From NCBI RefSeq assembly GCF_036321535.1, contig NC_087436.1, positions 95,234,001-95,298,000 on the forward strand: a stretch of DNA of 64,000 nt, read 5' to 3'. The notes beneath the pieces are model-generated. The model worked only from the letters and a program-made list of their open reading frames with translations, searched no databases and was not told the origin of the DNA. Shown one piece after another: positions 12,590 to 25,585 of this stretch. Positions within the stretch are counted from its first letter, which is position 1; each line of letters opens with the position of its first letter. Source of the DNA: Camelus dromedarius (lineage: Eukaryota). A program made the translations under genes and the position numbers.

Positions 12590-12701
12590 GGAGTGCAAAC
12601 TTCACAGAAAAGCTGGACTCAGGCACTCCTGGAGCCAGTCCTGGTTCTGTCAATGAATCATCTGCACCTGCAGCTCTGCCGGAGCCGCTGCCAGCCTGGG
12701 G
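12590..12701 (+). other. TLR10: Probable non-coding exon 1 / TSS region of TLR10 (5' limit approximate)
   Basis: gaatcatctgcacctgcagctctgc...cctgggg resembles the recalled 5' end of human TLR10 mRNA and is followed by the donor GTAAGA at 12702. Confidence 0.7.
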
Positions 12702-13204
12702 GTAAGAGCTGTTAGCTTTCTTTGTTAGAACACTCATGAAAAAGAAATAAGAATTGCATGGGGTCTTTTCTAAACAAAGTGGGAGGGAAGTAGATTTATT
12801 CAGATTTTCAGATTATTCAGATTTACTCAGATTATTCAGATATTCAGACTGATTCAGTAGATGGAAAGCAGATGTGTTCAGGTTTTTAGTCTTTATTATT
12901 TTGCCTATATTAATCTAAAGATTGATGATTAGTGAGTGACCCTGGGGCTTACTGTTGATCACTATTGATTTGAAGAATTGTCTTGTAGGTGCTTGAGAAT
13001 TTGACTTTCCTTTTTGCTGGCTTCTTGAACTTTGTGACACAGAGCAGACTATAAATAGCTTTGAAGAAGGGACATGGGGTGGGAGGGGAAGGAAGAGGCC
13101 ACAGTGGTAGCTAGTCCTGCCAGTGGAATCAGCCTCGGCAATCACACCATAAGCTTCTTCATTTCAGAGTTTGAAATGCCTTCAATTTAGGATCCAGAAG
13201 GGAC

Positions 13205-13410
13205 CAGATTCTGGGTTCAAATTCATGTTCTACCACTTATTTACTGGATTACCTTGGGCAAATTACTTAACCTCTGGGTTTTAGCGCCTTCATTTGTAAA
13301 ATGGGGATATCCATCATTTTGTTGGGTTGTTGAGAGGATTGAACAAGGTAACGTATGGAAAGCATTTAGCTCCTTACCAAGCAGATAGGAAACACTCATA
13401 AAACGTCAGT
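13205..13410 (+). mobile_element. MIR
   Basis: ctgggttcaaat...ccttgggcaaattacttaacctct...tgtaaaatgggg core. Confidence 0.75.
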
Positions 13411-14091
13411 CATCCTTGCTCTTATGTTCATTAGAGATCATTCAAATTTCAATGGGTTTTTAACCCCTTTTTAACCCCTTCTCCATTTTTTTTTTTTTTT
13501 GCATCATTGGGTAAAGAAAAATTAGATGATTAAGTATTCTCTGGCAAGCCACCACAAGTCATTTCATGGTGTCTTTTGACTTAGACTTTTAAATCATAAA
13601 CTATTAAAGAAAGCCATTCTGTTTTTCACCAGCTTTCAGTGCACAGTGACAGTAATATGAATATGATAATAATATATTTATTGACTGCATCTTTCATCAA
13701 AAGTTTATGTCAGACTTTTAAAAATGTTTAAATGAAATACCATAACTTGTATGCATTGCGTGAGAGATAGGGCCTTTTTCTTTTATTATATTAAGAGAAG
13801 TTCAGAAAGAGTTTCTTAACTTCTTTCTTAACTTCACTTTTTTAGAATAAGTTTCACATGAGGTTGTGGTACTGGGCAGAGAGAAAAAAGGTGGGTAAAA
13901 CTTGAAAGCTATGACATCTCAACACAGAGGATTCCAGACAAACAGCTGAGTTAGACTTTGCTGCATTTTTCAAGGGCCATAGCTCTTAGACCGAAGAGCT
14001 TAAACTAAGTTGCTATGAATTGAAGAACTTGGTGAGAAAATAATGGTAAAAACACCTTCATTGTCTTAGTGACATAACTTAGTGACTATAT

Positions 14092-14308
14092 CCAGTGTCC
14101 TACCAAGCCATACTGGAGCTTGAGACAAGAGGAGAAATCAGTAAAACTCATTCTGTCTTTATGAAAAAATTTTAATTTTTGTTTGTCATGGATTTTACAT
14201 TCATTTTAATTTAAAAAAATATTTTACTAAAATATTACTCATCTTGATTACTGAGTTTCTTGGTGCCTCTTAACATTTGTGCCTGAAATCACCTTAGTTT
14301 TGGCCCTG
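14092..14308 (-). mobile_element. MER53-like hAT DNA transposon
   Basis: cagtgtcc start, atcttgattactgagttt internal motif and ggccctg end match the recalled MER53 consensus in reverse. Confidence 0.6.
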
Positions 14309-14604
14309 CGAACTGCTACCATTTGTGATATACTAGGCGTGACACCAAGTGATATATATACATTATCTCCTTATGCCTCTGCAGAACCTTTCAGCAGTTA
14401 AATCAATTATCTAAGTTATCACATCCAGTGAAGGGCTAAGATTGGACTTGAACACAGACCAGTCCATCCCTGACAGTAAACTTACTCTTTAACCATCATG
14501 CACTGCACTGTAACAGGAGTTCACAACTCAAATTAATTCATTTGATACATATTTTTGAGAGTATGTTATATACCACCTTAGGCTAAGGAATAAAAAATTG
14601 AAAT

Positions 14605-15150
14605 CATTCATTTATTCTTATATACATGAATGTATTTACTGAACATATGCCATGGACTGGGCACTGTTGTACATGCCAGGGATACAGAGGTGAACAAGGT
14701 TGTTAGACCCCCTTCTCTTGAGTGTGAGAGGTGAGGGTGGGGTGTAGTCAACAAACAAATAAATGAATAAAAGTTTCAGGGAGTGGTAAGTACTCTGTTT
14801 TGTAGAGAAACAAAATAGGATGATGTGCATGACTAGCAAGTTAATCTAAATGTCCTCTTTAGATTAGGGGGTCAAGTCAGGTTTCTTAGAGGAGATGAAC
14901 TGTAAGACAAGACCTCAATGATAAGAAGGATCCAGCCAAGGAACGATGGGAGAAGAACATCCCAAGCTGAGGGAAAAGCTAGTGCAAAGGCCCTGAGGTT
15001 AGAGCAAAATGTGGCCATGGAGCAGAGGGTCAGTCTTACTGGAGTTCAGAGGGCCAGGATAATATGAAATGAGATCCTACAAGGAAGCAAGACCAGCCCA
15101 TGGAGGGTTTAGTAATCCAGTATTGGGTTTGGATTTCCTTCTAAGGATAA
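14605..15150 (-). mobile_element. LINE-2 fragment
   Basis: tcattcattt...tatttactgaac...ctgggcactg...gtgcaaaggccctgagg. Confidence 0.7.
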
Positions 15151-16699
15151 TAGCACATTAGTTAGGACATAGGCGGGTGCTGTAACAAGTGACCCCAAAA
15201 TACAATGGCTTCAACAAGACAGTACTCAACATAATGGCTCAATCCGTGTCTGTCCTTGTAGGTAATTGATCTAAAACCTAAATCGGAAAAAAAAAAAGAA
15301 ACCCTAAATTGGGTAGCACTTGCAGACTTACTCATTGGGTTCCTTGGACTGTGTATAAGGAAATGTTAAAGAATCAACATGTCTTAGTGAGATATAATTT
15401 CATCATGGTTAATATGTTATAGCATATATTGGAAACAGATTTATCTTGACTCACCCTAGAGACACAAGATAGCAGAATGGCTAAGAGCCCCGGCTCTGGA
15501 CTCACCATGGATTAACTTTGTGACCATGAGGCAGCTACAGGACCTCTCTAAGCACCACCTTTCATATCTGTAAATGGTGAGTAGTGTTGTAAGGATCCAT
15601 CTGTGTAAAGTCAGTGTTACTTAGCCCAGTGAATGGTAGTTGTTACCCAAAAAGACATTGAGTGGCCACTGCCTCATTTGCATGAGAGTAAATTTGGCGT
15701 GGACATACTATCAGACATGTCGAATAGCTATAAACGTATAGATTCATCAAACAGAAGAGTTACTCGGGTCATCTTAAATGTGGGTAATGTATTAAAATGA
15801 TGGTACTAGCAACTAATTTATTTTACTGGATTCGTAAAATCTGGGAAATAACCATGGACATAAAGTTACATCACAGAGGCTCTCTTTGTATGTTCGTATT
15901 TGTTCTTATACTGGTCATTGGATGCTATATTAAACGTTACATAAAAAAGAGGTGACCAAGAGAGGACCACCTGGGATGGATTGGAGGAAATAAACATGGA
16001 GGGAATATCTCAGTGGGAAGGTGAAGGGGGCCACCTCCTCAATCCCACCCCCACCTAGTGCCCTTCATGTGCCTCTTCCCCTGAACGCACAATGGACAAG
16101 GCATGCCAAAAATCAAAATTCTCTCTTCACACTCACATCACACGATAGTTGAACATTTCTGTGTCCCTTTCCCTATTTTCTATGAAACAACTATACAAAG
16201 TATTTTCATTTTTAAGTTGTTTTAGGAAATAAAGACATGCCTCCTAGAATTTCTTCACTTCAACAAGAACACCAATAACAATAAAACAAAACAAACTTGG
16301 GCAGGTTCTAGAGAAAGAAAAATCCAGGTAAGAGTGAGGTAATAATCCAGATGTCCTTTTGTGTCAGTTGGGCCAGTTTTGTCCCCGCCTCAACACCCAC
16401 GTGGGTGCATGTGTGCTCACATTTCTCAGAATGGAACAACGTGAACGTTAGAGAGAAGTCTCGCTACACCCTGAGTTTGCCCCTGGTCCCTCCTGCTTGT
16501 CCATAGGGGTGACAAGTCTAGGGGAGACTGGGAGTCAATGTGCAATAAACATGCAGGTAGAAGCAGGGAAAGTTTCACCCTGCTCATTACCTTCCGTTGT
16601 GTTGTCAGAGTGCCTGGTGTGGGGGGACATAAAGTTGAAGACTTCACTCATACAATAGTGGGATCTAACCACTTCTCACCCCCTCCTCACTACCCTCTT

Positions 16700-17325
16700 T
16701 CTGGCATGAATTCCTCGTTAGTGTCCCGGGGGTCTTTCCTGCCAGGCTTGCGCCCCTCCAGTCATTTCCAGCTAACAAGCAGAGGACGCTTTAAGATGTG
16801 CATCAGAATCTGCCACTCCGCTGCTCTAAATCCTACACTCATTTCTTATTTCAATCAGCGGAAAATCCCAAATCCTTACAAGATCTGACCTCTTCAATCC
16901 ACTTCCTCAACTCCGCTCCAGTCACTCCTCACATTTTCGGAAGAGGCTCCCACATCTGGTCTTTGAACTTGCACTTGCTCTTCTCTTTCCAGAATGCTTT
17001 TTCCCCAGACGACAAGAGGCTTGCTCCTTCTGCCCTTTAGATCTTTGCATGAAGGTCACCTTATCAGCGAGGCCTTTTTAGACTCCCCTATACCAATATC
17101 ACCCCTCAGACACCCTCTCCTCCCCTTATCTTGGCTGTTTTCTTCAGCCCTGATCATCACCTAACATAGAAATGTATTTCTTTGTTTATAGTGCCTCTTT
17201 TCTTACCCCTTACTGTAATGTAAGTGTGTAAGAACAGAAATTCTGTCTGTTCTACTCATTGCTGTATCCTCAGTGCCTGGAAAAATTCCTGGCAGAGTAG
17301 ATCTTGAATAATAATATTGTGAAAT
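16700..17325 (+). mobile_element. LINE-2 3' fragment
   Basis: tccagaatgcttttcccc...ggtcaccttatcagcgaggcct...gctgtatcctcagtgcctgg. Confidence 0.7.
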
Positions 17326-17544
17326 TTTTAGTTCCCCAACCTCCTCTGTTCTGTGTCCAATCAAACACTTGAAGCCTGACTCTTCTCTCAAAGTCCTCAG
17401 AATTCTGCATGCATGACTGTCTTCATCTGTAACCTGTGGGTAACAGCACTTCTCTCACAGAGTTTCGTGATGAATAAGTAAGATAATATATGCGAAGGGT
17501 TTAGTGTACCTCTTGGCTCATTGAAAAGCTTCAAGAAATGGAAA

Positions 17545-17676
17545 CTGATTCTATCACTATCAGTATTATTTGGCAGTGATCCAGATTGCTTTTGCCACCA
17601 ACCTGAAGACATATGGAGGCATAAGGACCAGAACCACTCTTTTTATTTCTGTGTTTCGGACCTTCCATGTGCATGG
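17545..17676 (+). other. TLR10: Probable optional 5'UTR exon of TLR10 (5' limit uncertain)
   Basis: tattatttggcagtgatccagattgcttttgccaccaacctgaagacata resembles the recalled long human TLR10 5'UTR; consensus donor GTAAGT at 17677. Confidence 0.55.
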
Positions 17677-17789
17677 GTAAGTATTATTGACAGTCAGGTA
17701 TAAGCTTAAGAGACTCTCTATGTTCACAAATAACAAAGTTGAGTAAACAGCTTCATAACATTAATTCAGGGGCCCACACTGTTCAGTTA

Positions 17790-18475
17790 TAAAGATTACT
17801 TTCATTGAGGACTTATGTCCACACAAAAACCTGTACACAGATGTTTATAGTTGCTTTATTTATAATTGGTAAAACTTGGAAGCAACCAAGATGTCCTTCA
17901 GTAGGTGAATGGATAAGCTCTAGTAGATACAGATAGTGGGCTATTATTCAGTGCTAAAGAGAAATGAGCTATCAAGCCATGCAAAGACATAGAAGAAACC
18001 TAAATGCATACTACTATGGGAAAGAAGACAATTTGGAAAAGATACATATTGTATTGATTCCAACTATTATGTCATTCTAGAAAAGACAAAACTATGGAGA
18101 CAAAAAAAATGACCAGTTGTTTCCAGGGATTGTGGGGTGGGCAGAGGATGAATAGGCGTACAGGATTTTTAGGGCAGTGAAAATACTCTGTATGATACCA
18201 TAATGATGAATACATGTCCTTATACATTTGTCCAAACCCACAGAATGTGCACCAAGAGTGAACAATAGTATAAACTGTGGACTTGGAGTGACTATGATGT
18301 ATCAGTGTAGGTCCATCAGTTGTAACAGATGCACCACTCTGATGGAGAGGGGGTTGTTGATAATAGGGAAGGCTGTTCACATGTGGGGGCAGGAGGTATA
18401 TGGAAAATCTCTGTACCTTCCCTTCAATGTTGCTATGAATCTTAAACTGCTCTAAAAATGTATTAATTTTTAAAA
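17790..18475 (+). mobile_element. L1MC-type 3' end in a TLR10 intron
   Basis: cacacaaaaacctgtacacagatgtttatag...tatacatttgtccaaacccacagaatg...ggaaaatctctgtac. Confidence 0.85.
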
Positions 18476-18504
18476 ATTTCTTTTAACTGTCTTAAAGCTT
18501 TCAG

Positions 18505-18717
18505 GCTATCAAAAGGGGATGTGGGAGAGGGTGTCGAATATGTCCTGGCAATGCAGTTCCTAATCTGAGCTGGGTGAGAGGCACTTCTGCCAACTATATA
18601 TATCTATCTCCCTTCTGGGAATCCTGACTTGCCTCAGTGATGGGGGTATGACACAGTAATGGACTTGGAAATCTATGGAGCCAAGCTCTGAGATCAAATC
18701 AAAGACTCAGTATATGG
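18505..18717 (+). other. TLR10: Probable optional 5'UTR exon of TLR10
   Basis: Acceptor ctttcag|gctatcaaaagg at 18504; sequence resembles the recalled human TLR10 5'UTR; weak donor GTTGGA at 18718. Confidence 0.55.
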
Positions 18718-18904
18718 GTTGGAACCCTACTGCAAATTCTTGAACTGAGAGTCTTCTGAAATGATCTCAACCAAGAAGATCAATTAGAAGATTACATGCA
18801 AGACTGAACTCTCATAAGGATGTTAGATGAATAATCTCAGGTGAATATAGTCAGATGTTAGTACTTAAAAAGTCCTACAGGGTTTAACAAATCACATAAC
18901 CACT

Positions 18905-18928
18905 TAACATTATATGCTGTTTTTCCAG
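18905..18928 (+). promoter_or_regulatory. TLR10: Splice acceptor of the TLR10 coding exon (exon starts at 18929)
   Basis: tgctgtttttccag is followed by ggtttgaactcatcttc, resembling the recalled start of the human TLR10 last exon. Confidence 0.8.
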
Positions 18929-19016
18929 GGTTTGAACTCATCTTCACCATTTATATGAGGTGACGTGTGATAAAATTCACATGAGGTGAACCAGTGAAAA
19001 AATTCTCGGAATTACA

Positions 19017-21452
19017 ATGAGACATATCAGAAGCATTTACCTATTTTGTTGTATTGTTATATCAGTGCGTGGTGGGGCTTCAAAGCTGCTGGAAGAAAGG
19101 GAATTGACTATCAACTGCTCCAACATGTCTTTAAGAAAGGTTCCCACAGACTTGACCCCAAGCGCAACCATGCTGGATTTATCCTACAACCTCCTTTTTC
19201 AACTCCAGCGTTCAGATTTTCATTCTGTCTCTAAACTGAAAGTTTTGATTCTGTGCCATAACAGAATCCAGGAGCTAGATATCAGGACCTTTGAATTCAA
19301 CACAGAGTTAAGATATTTAGATGTGTCTTACAACAGATTGAAGATGGTAACCTGGTACTCACTGGCGGGTCTCAGACATCTCGATCTTTCCTTCAATGAC
19401 TTTGATACTGTACCTATCTGTGAGGAGACTGGCAACATGTCACACCTGGAAATCCTAGGTCTGAGTGGGGCAAAAATACGGAAATCAGATTTCCAGAAAA
19501 TTTCTCATTTGCATCTAAATACTGTCTTCTTAGGATTGAGAACTCTTTCCCATTATGAGGAAGGTAGCCTGCCTATCTTAAACACAACAAAACTTCACAT
19601 TGTTTTACCAATGAATACAAATTTCTGGGTTCTTTTGCGTGATGGAATCAAGACTTCAAAAATACTAGAAATGACGAATATAGATGGCAAAAGTCAATCT
19701 ACAAGTTATGAAACTCAACAGAATCTTACTTTAGAGAAGGCCAAGACATCCATTCTGTTACTTAATAAAGTTGATTTACTCTGGGGTGACCTTCTCCTTA
19801 TCTTCCAATTTGTTTGGCATACATCAGTAGAATACTTCCAGGTCCAACATGTGACTTTTGGAGGTAAGGTTTATCCTGACCACAATTCATTTGACTACTC
19901 AAATACTGTAATGAGAACTATAAAATTGGAGCATGTACACTTCAGAATTTTTAGTATTCCACAGGAGAGAGTCTACTTGCTTTTTACCAAAATGGATATA
20001 GAAAACCTGACAATATCAGATGCACAAATGCCTCACATGCTGTTCCCTATTTATCCTATGAGATTCAAATATTTAAATTTTGCTAATAATATCTTAACAG
20101 ATGACGTGTTTAAAACCCCTATCCAATTGCCTCATTTGAAAACTCTCATTTTGAAGGACAATAAGTTGGAGACGCTTTCCTTAGTGAGTTGTTTTGCCAG
20201 CAACACATCCTTGAAGCACTTAGATCTGAGCCAAAATCTGTTACAACATGAAAATGATGAAAATTGCTTGTGGCCAGAAACCTTGATCAGCATGAATTTG
20301 TCATCCAATAAATTTACTGACTCTGTTTTCAGGTGCTTGCCCAGAAATATTCAAATACTAGACATGAATGATAACAAAATTCAAACTGTCCCTAAAGAGA
20401 TTATTCATCTGACATCCTTGCGAGAGTTAAATCTTGCATTTAATCTTCTAACTGATCTTCCTGGGTGCAGTCATTTTGGAAGACTCTCAGTTCTGAACGT
20501 TGAAATGAACTTAATTCTCAGCCCATCTCTGGATTTTTTTCAGAGCTGCCAGGAAGTTAAGATTCTAAATGCAGGAAGAAATCCATTCCGGTGTACTTGT
20601 GAATTAAGAGATTTCATTCAGCTTGAAAAATATTCAGAGGGCATGATGGTTGGGTGGTCAGATTCATACATTTGTGAATACCCTTTGAATCTGAAGGGGA
20701 CTCAGTTAAAGGATGTTCATCTTCCTGAATTATCTTGCAACATAGCTTTGTTGATTGTCACCATTGTGGTTATCATGCTAGTCCTGGGGATGGCTGTGGC
20801 CTTCTGCTGTTTCCACTTTGATCTGCCCTGGTATCTCAGGATGCTAGGTCAATGGGCACAGACATGGCACAGGGTTAGGAAGACAACCCAAAGACAACTC
20901 AAGAGAAATATCCAATTCCATGTGTTTATTTCATACAGTGAACATGATTCTGCCTGGGTAAAGCATGCACTGATCCCCAATCTAGAGAAAGAAGATGGTT
21001 CTATACTAATTTGTTTTCATGAGGGAAACTCTGACCCTGGCAAGAACATTACTGAAGATGTCATAAAGTGCATTGAGAAAAGCTACAAGTCCATCTTTGT
21101 CTTGTCTCCCAACTTTGTCCAGAGTGAGTGGTGCCATTATGAACTCTACTTTGCCCACCACAATCTCTTCCATGAAAGTTCTGATAACATAATTATCATC
21201 TTACTGGAACCCATCCCACTCTACTGCATTCCTATCAGGTATCCCAAGTTGAAAGCTCTCATGGAAAAGAAAGCATACTTGGAATGGCCCAAGGATAGAC
21301 GTAAATGTGGCCTTTTTTGGACAAACCTTCGAGCTGCTATTCATGTTAATTTATTAGAAACCAGACAGATGTGTGAACTACAGACATTCACAGAGCTAAA
21401 TGAAGGGTCTCGAGGTTCTACAATCTCTTTGGTAAGAACAGACTGCCTATAA
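19017..21452 (+). CDS. TLR10: Toll-like receptor 10, 811 aa, single coding exon
   Basis: Intact ORF with signal peptide, LRRNT ([11 protein letters not shown]), LRRs, LRRCT, TM, TIR and the TLR10-specific C-tail [10 protein letters not shown]...RTDCL. Length equals the 811 aa recalled for human TLR10. Confidence 0.98.
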   Translation: MRHIRSIYLFCCIVISVRGGASKLLEERELTINCSNMSLRKVPTDLTPSATMLDLSYNLLFQLQRSDFHSVSKLKVLILCHNRIQELDIRTFEFNTELRYLDVSYNRLKMVTWYSLAGLRHLDLSFNDFDTVPICEETGNMSHLEILGLSGAKIRKSDFQKISHLHLNTVFLGLRTLSHYEEGSLPILNTTKLHIVLPMNTNFWVLLRDGIKTSKILEMTNIDGKSQSTSYETQQNLTLEKAKTSILLLNKVDLLWGDLLLIFQFVWHTSVEYFQVQHVTFGGKVYPDHNSFDYSNTVMRTIKLEHVHFRIFSIPQERVYLLFTKMDIENLTISDAQMPHMLFPIYPMRFKYLNFANNILTDDVFKTPIQLPHLKTLILKDNKLETLSLVSCFASNTSLKHLDLSQNLLQHENDENCLWPETLISMNLSSNKFTDSVFRCLPRNIQILDMNDNKIQTVPKEIIHLTSLRELNLAFNLLTDLPGCSHFGRLSVLNVEMNLILSPSLDFFQSCQEVKILNAGRNPFRCTCELRDFIQLEKYSEGMMVGWSDSYICEYPLNLKGTQLKDVHLPELSCNIALLIVTIVVIMLVLGMAVAFCCFHFDLPWYLRMLGQWAQTWHRVRKTTQRQLKRNIQFHVFISYSEHDSAWVKHALIPNLEKEDGSILICFHEGNSDPGKNITEDVIKCIEKSYKSIFVLSPNFVQSEWCHYELYFAHHNLFHESSDNIIIILLEPIPLYCIPIRYPKLKALMEKKAYLEWPKDRRKCGLFWTNLRAAIHVNLLETRQMCELQTFTELNEGSRGSTISLVRTDCL

Positions 21453-22043
21453 AATCCCATGATCCCATAGGGAAACTGGGGACTGCATACCCTGTTAGGA
21501 TATAAATTGATAACAACCTTTATGGTGGAAATTAGCAATATCTATTAAAATGAAAAACTACCATTCCTTCATGTCAGTTCCTTGAAGGAGTTCTAAGAAT
21601 GTATCCTACAGAAACACCCATTGCAAACATTTATATAAAAATGGTGTTTGTCCTAGTGTTGTTTATAATCATGAAAAATTGGAAACAGCTCAGATATCCA
21701 CAAAATAAGGATTGATTTAATAATATATGGTACATTAATGCAAGGATTGATTTAATAAATTATGGCACATTAATGTGTAAGGCAAATATCATACAGCCTT
21801 TTAAAAATGAAGTGGCTATATATTTACTGTTATGGAGAAAATTATGTGTGGGTTTATACACTGAAATAAGGGTCTAAAGGAGTCTATCAGTACGTTGGTG
21901 TCCTAACAGTGGTTTGGGTCTGAGAAGTGGGATTATAGGAAGCATTTGCTTTCTATTTTGCATATTTCTGTGATGTTGGATTTTCTTTGAATGAATCTGT
22001 ATTTCTTTTGTAAGAAGAGAAAAGAATAAAGATAATTTTTAAA

Positions 22044-22343
22044 ATCGAAGTAGATGATATACAATGTTGTGTTAGTTTCTGGTGTACAGCATAGTGATTC
22101 AGTTATACATACATAGATTCTTTTTCATTATAGGTTATTACAGCTATTGAATATAGTCCCCTGTGATATACAGTAGGACCTTATTGTTTATTTATTCTGT
22201 ATATAAGTAGTTTGTATCTGCTAATCCCAAACTCCCAATTTATCCCTCCCCACCCGCTTTCCTCACTGGTAACCATAAGTTTGTTTTCTATGTCTATGAG
22301 TCTCTTTTCTGTTTTATAAATAAGTTCATTTGTGTTGTTTTTC
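22044..22343 (-). mobile_element. L1 3' end inserted at the TLR10 distal poly(A) signal
   Basis: tgttagtttctggtgtacagcatagtgattcag...ggtaaccataagtttgttttcta; TSD aataaagataa at 22025 and 22344. Confidence 0.85.
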
Positions 22344-23817
22344 AATAAAGATAAATTTTAAAGCCTATATACCCTACTCATTTTGTTTGAGTCTTCCCTT
22401 CCAGTCTCACAAGTCATAGAAAGAAAACAAGATCTCTTGAATTTAGGAAAATCATATTTCAGAAACAAACATCATGTTACTTCCCTGACTAGGAAAATTT
22501 CTGTAGCTCACGCACATGATAAAGAAAGAAAATGCCACGCTCCTTTAAGATCTGACACCAGTCACCTCGGACGTCCTTGCGTCCTCTCACTGAGCCCTGT
22601 CAAGTTATTGGCCCTTTCCCAGAGTGTTCATCTCCTTTCACGTCCCCAGACCCTAGAATTTGGCATCAACCTGCTTGTAATACCTTTCCTGCCTTGGTTT
22701 GTTCAGGAAATCCTACATAATCTTACATAATAACAAATCTTTCAGGTACAATCCAAATGTTGACTCATTTTAAACCTTCCTCATTTCTCCCCCCAAACCT
22801 GATGCCCCCTATTCTCCATAACAATTTGGACATATGTCTATCACCAAACTGATTATATGTGTTTACAAAATACGCCTTTCTCATTCTTCTATGAGTGCCT
22901 TAAAGGCTAGGATGGACTGCCCCTGCCCTTGTATCAGCAGCGGTTTGCTCAGTCCCTGGTTCAGAGAAGGTGTTCAGTGAATATTTATGGAATGGACGTT
23001 GGGGTAGCTAGAGGAACTTGGTAGGGACTCAACTGGCTTCCATTCCGTAGAGAATGGAATTTGAAGGCAAATTCTGAGAAGCTGAAGAGGAAGATAAGAA
23101 TCAGGCTAAAGTCAGGAAGAGAATTCAGAGAGCCCAGAATTGAAGGATTCTGGAGCACAGCTTGAATCAGGTGAATTTGCGAATATTTGGCTGCTCTTGA
23201 CTTACATATACGTCTATTTCATCTCGTTCGACCCAATGAAACCGGTCTCCTAAGCAGGCTGAAATTGGGGTCTGCATCTACTTCATTTCCTTACAGTTTG
23301 TGGTCTCATGAATTCCTCACACAAGTAGTCATTAAAAAATCTGTACTGCAGATGGCCAGCCTGAGAATATAGGGAGAAGGCTGGGTGTCCATCTAGAAGC
23401 CAGGTTATGCTTCCGCTTGGCCAGTGTCCAGTCTACTCAGAGGAGCTAGAATTCAGCAGCCTTGAGGCTGAGTGTCTCTCTTCCTTCTTCCTGGTGAACC
23501 TTGGTCCGCCTGGTAGAAGGGGGAACCCAAGGAAACCACAGGGAAGGAGCGCAGAGCATGGGGAGAACGCCTTACTCCCCAGGCTCTCAGCAGCTGCTGA
23601 TATTAGTGTGATTCGTGGCTTCTGGAGGAGTCAGACTGACGCAGTATGAAGATACTGTAAATCTTGCATAAATTACTCAGTGTGAGACTCTAACGTTTAA
23701 AGACGAATTAATTTGGAACGTACCAAAAAGGTAACATTAGCCCTAAAGTCCCCAGGACTGAGTTATTCCCTGGTAGAATTCTCATTTAGTAATACAATAT
23801 TTAATTTATGGTTTTCA

Positions 23818-23919
23818 TTATTTTTATTTAAAAAATTTTTTTAAATGTCAGTACTGGGAATTGAACCTAGGATCTCGTGCATGCCAAGCATGTGCTCTAC
23901 CACTGAGCTATATCCCTTC
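23818..23919 (-). mobile_element. tRNA-derived SINE (Vic-1-like)
   Basis: gtactgggaattgaacctaggatctcgtgcatgccaagcatgtgctctaccactgagctata; same family as 741-877. Confidence 0.8.
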
Positions 23920-25044
23920 AAGTAATACAGTTTTTAAAATAAACATGTTTTATTACAATTTTAAAAATAACTGAAAAAATATATATGTATGTATATGTAT
24001 AACTGAATCGCTTTGCTGTACACCTGAAACTAGCATTTTAAATCAACTACACTTCAATAAAAGATAAGAATTAAAAAAAAAAACACATTAGGCTTAGCTC
24101 AAAGCAACTTCTTATTTCAGCAGTTGGACAACCCCTAATTCCTTCCTATCAAACCATTGTACTGTTCCTTTCTCAGAAACTGAGATACCATCCAAAAATT
24201 TGTTTGGTTTTGACTGTTATGGCTCAAATAAGAGGAAATGAATTTCACATGCCATCAGGTAGCTTTTACATTTTGCATTTGACTTCAGTATCTCCACCGT
24301 TTCATCTCCATTCTCAAAATCAGAGCCCTGGGTTGGGTCATTTGCATATCCTGCCTATACCACCCACAATTATTTGAGATCTGGACTCTGTCTGCAGTCT
24401 CTCCCCACTGGCCAAAGCATCCTGCATGTACAACCTGATTCACACTCCTAACAACTTGCTCTTGTTCTATCAGTAACTCACCAATGAAGGTTTCTCCTAA
24501 AGGAGCCGCCCTTTGTCCACAAGCCAGAATGTGTTCTTTACATAAAGGACAGAGAATGAGTGGGATCCTGGTTTCCTGTGGAGGTTGTGAGGACAGCTGT
24601 ATCACTGGTACTCTGCTGGGGAAACATTCCATGGTCCTTTAGCTCTGTTTTTCACCTGTTGTGCTGTGAAACATGTGCTGCTGGCATTGATCTCAGCCCT
24701 CTATGGGGCTTCTTGAAAAGCCACTTGAGGGAGTGGGTCTGATAGTGTGTCCTGACGTCCCCACCGGTGGTGGCAAGCTCAGTGGACAACTGCCAATGGC
24801 TGTGGATTAGAAGGTGGCCTGCACCTGGACGTCTGTTTTAACAGCCAGCTGCTGACACACTGCTCCCCTGAAAGGACAGGGGGCCATGGAGTTGCTGTAG
24901 AACAGTTGTCCAAAGGCAAAGGTGGGGCTGTTTGGGGCTGATATTAGAAAGGCTAGGTGGGGCCATCTGACTAGTACAACTCCTAACAGCACCCAGACAT
25001 GTCTCTCTTTACAATGAGAGGTACTTGCCTTCAGACTGTGTCTT

Positions 25045-25585
25045 TTTAAAAAAAATTTTTTTTATTGAGTTATAATTAACTACAATATTATATTAGTTCC
25101 AGATGTACAACAGTGATTCAATGTTTATATACATTATGAAATGTCATCATAATAAGACCAGTTACCAGCCGTCAACATACAGAGTCATTGCAATGCTACT
25201 GTTTCCTCTGTGCAATTTACATCCCTGGGACTTATTTATTTTATAGCTGAAAGTTTGTACCTCTTACTTCCCTTTGCCTATTTCATCTGTTCCCCCCAAT
25301 CCCCATCCTTCTTGGTGACCACCAATTCTCTGTAACTATGAGTCTGTTTCTGTTTTGTTTTGCTTATTAGTTTGTTTCGTTTTTCAGATTTCACATATAA
25401 GTGAAATCAAATAGCATTTGCTTTTCTCTGTCTGACCTATTTCACTCAGTATAATACTCTCTAGGTCCATCAATGTTGTTGCAAATGATAAGGTTTCAGT
25501 CTTTTTCATGGCTATGTGATATTCCATTATATGCATATACGTTGTATATATATACATACCACATCTCCTTTATCCATTCAACTAC
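25045..25585 (-). mobile_element. L1 3' end fragment
   Basis: Antisense L1 3'UTR motifs (catataagtgaaatca, tatttcactcagtataatactctctaggtccat). Confidence 0.85.
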
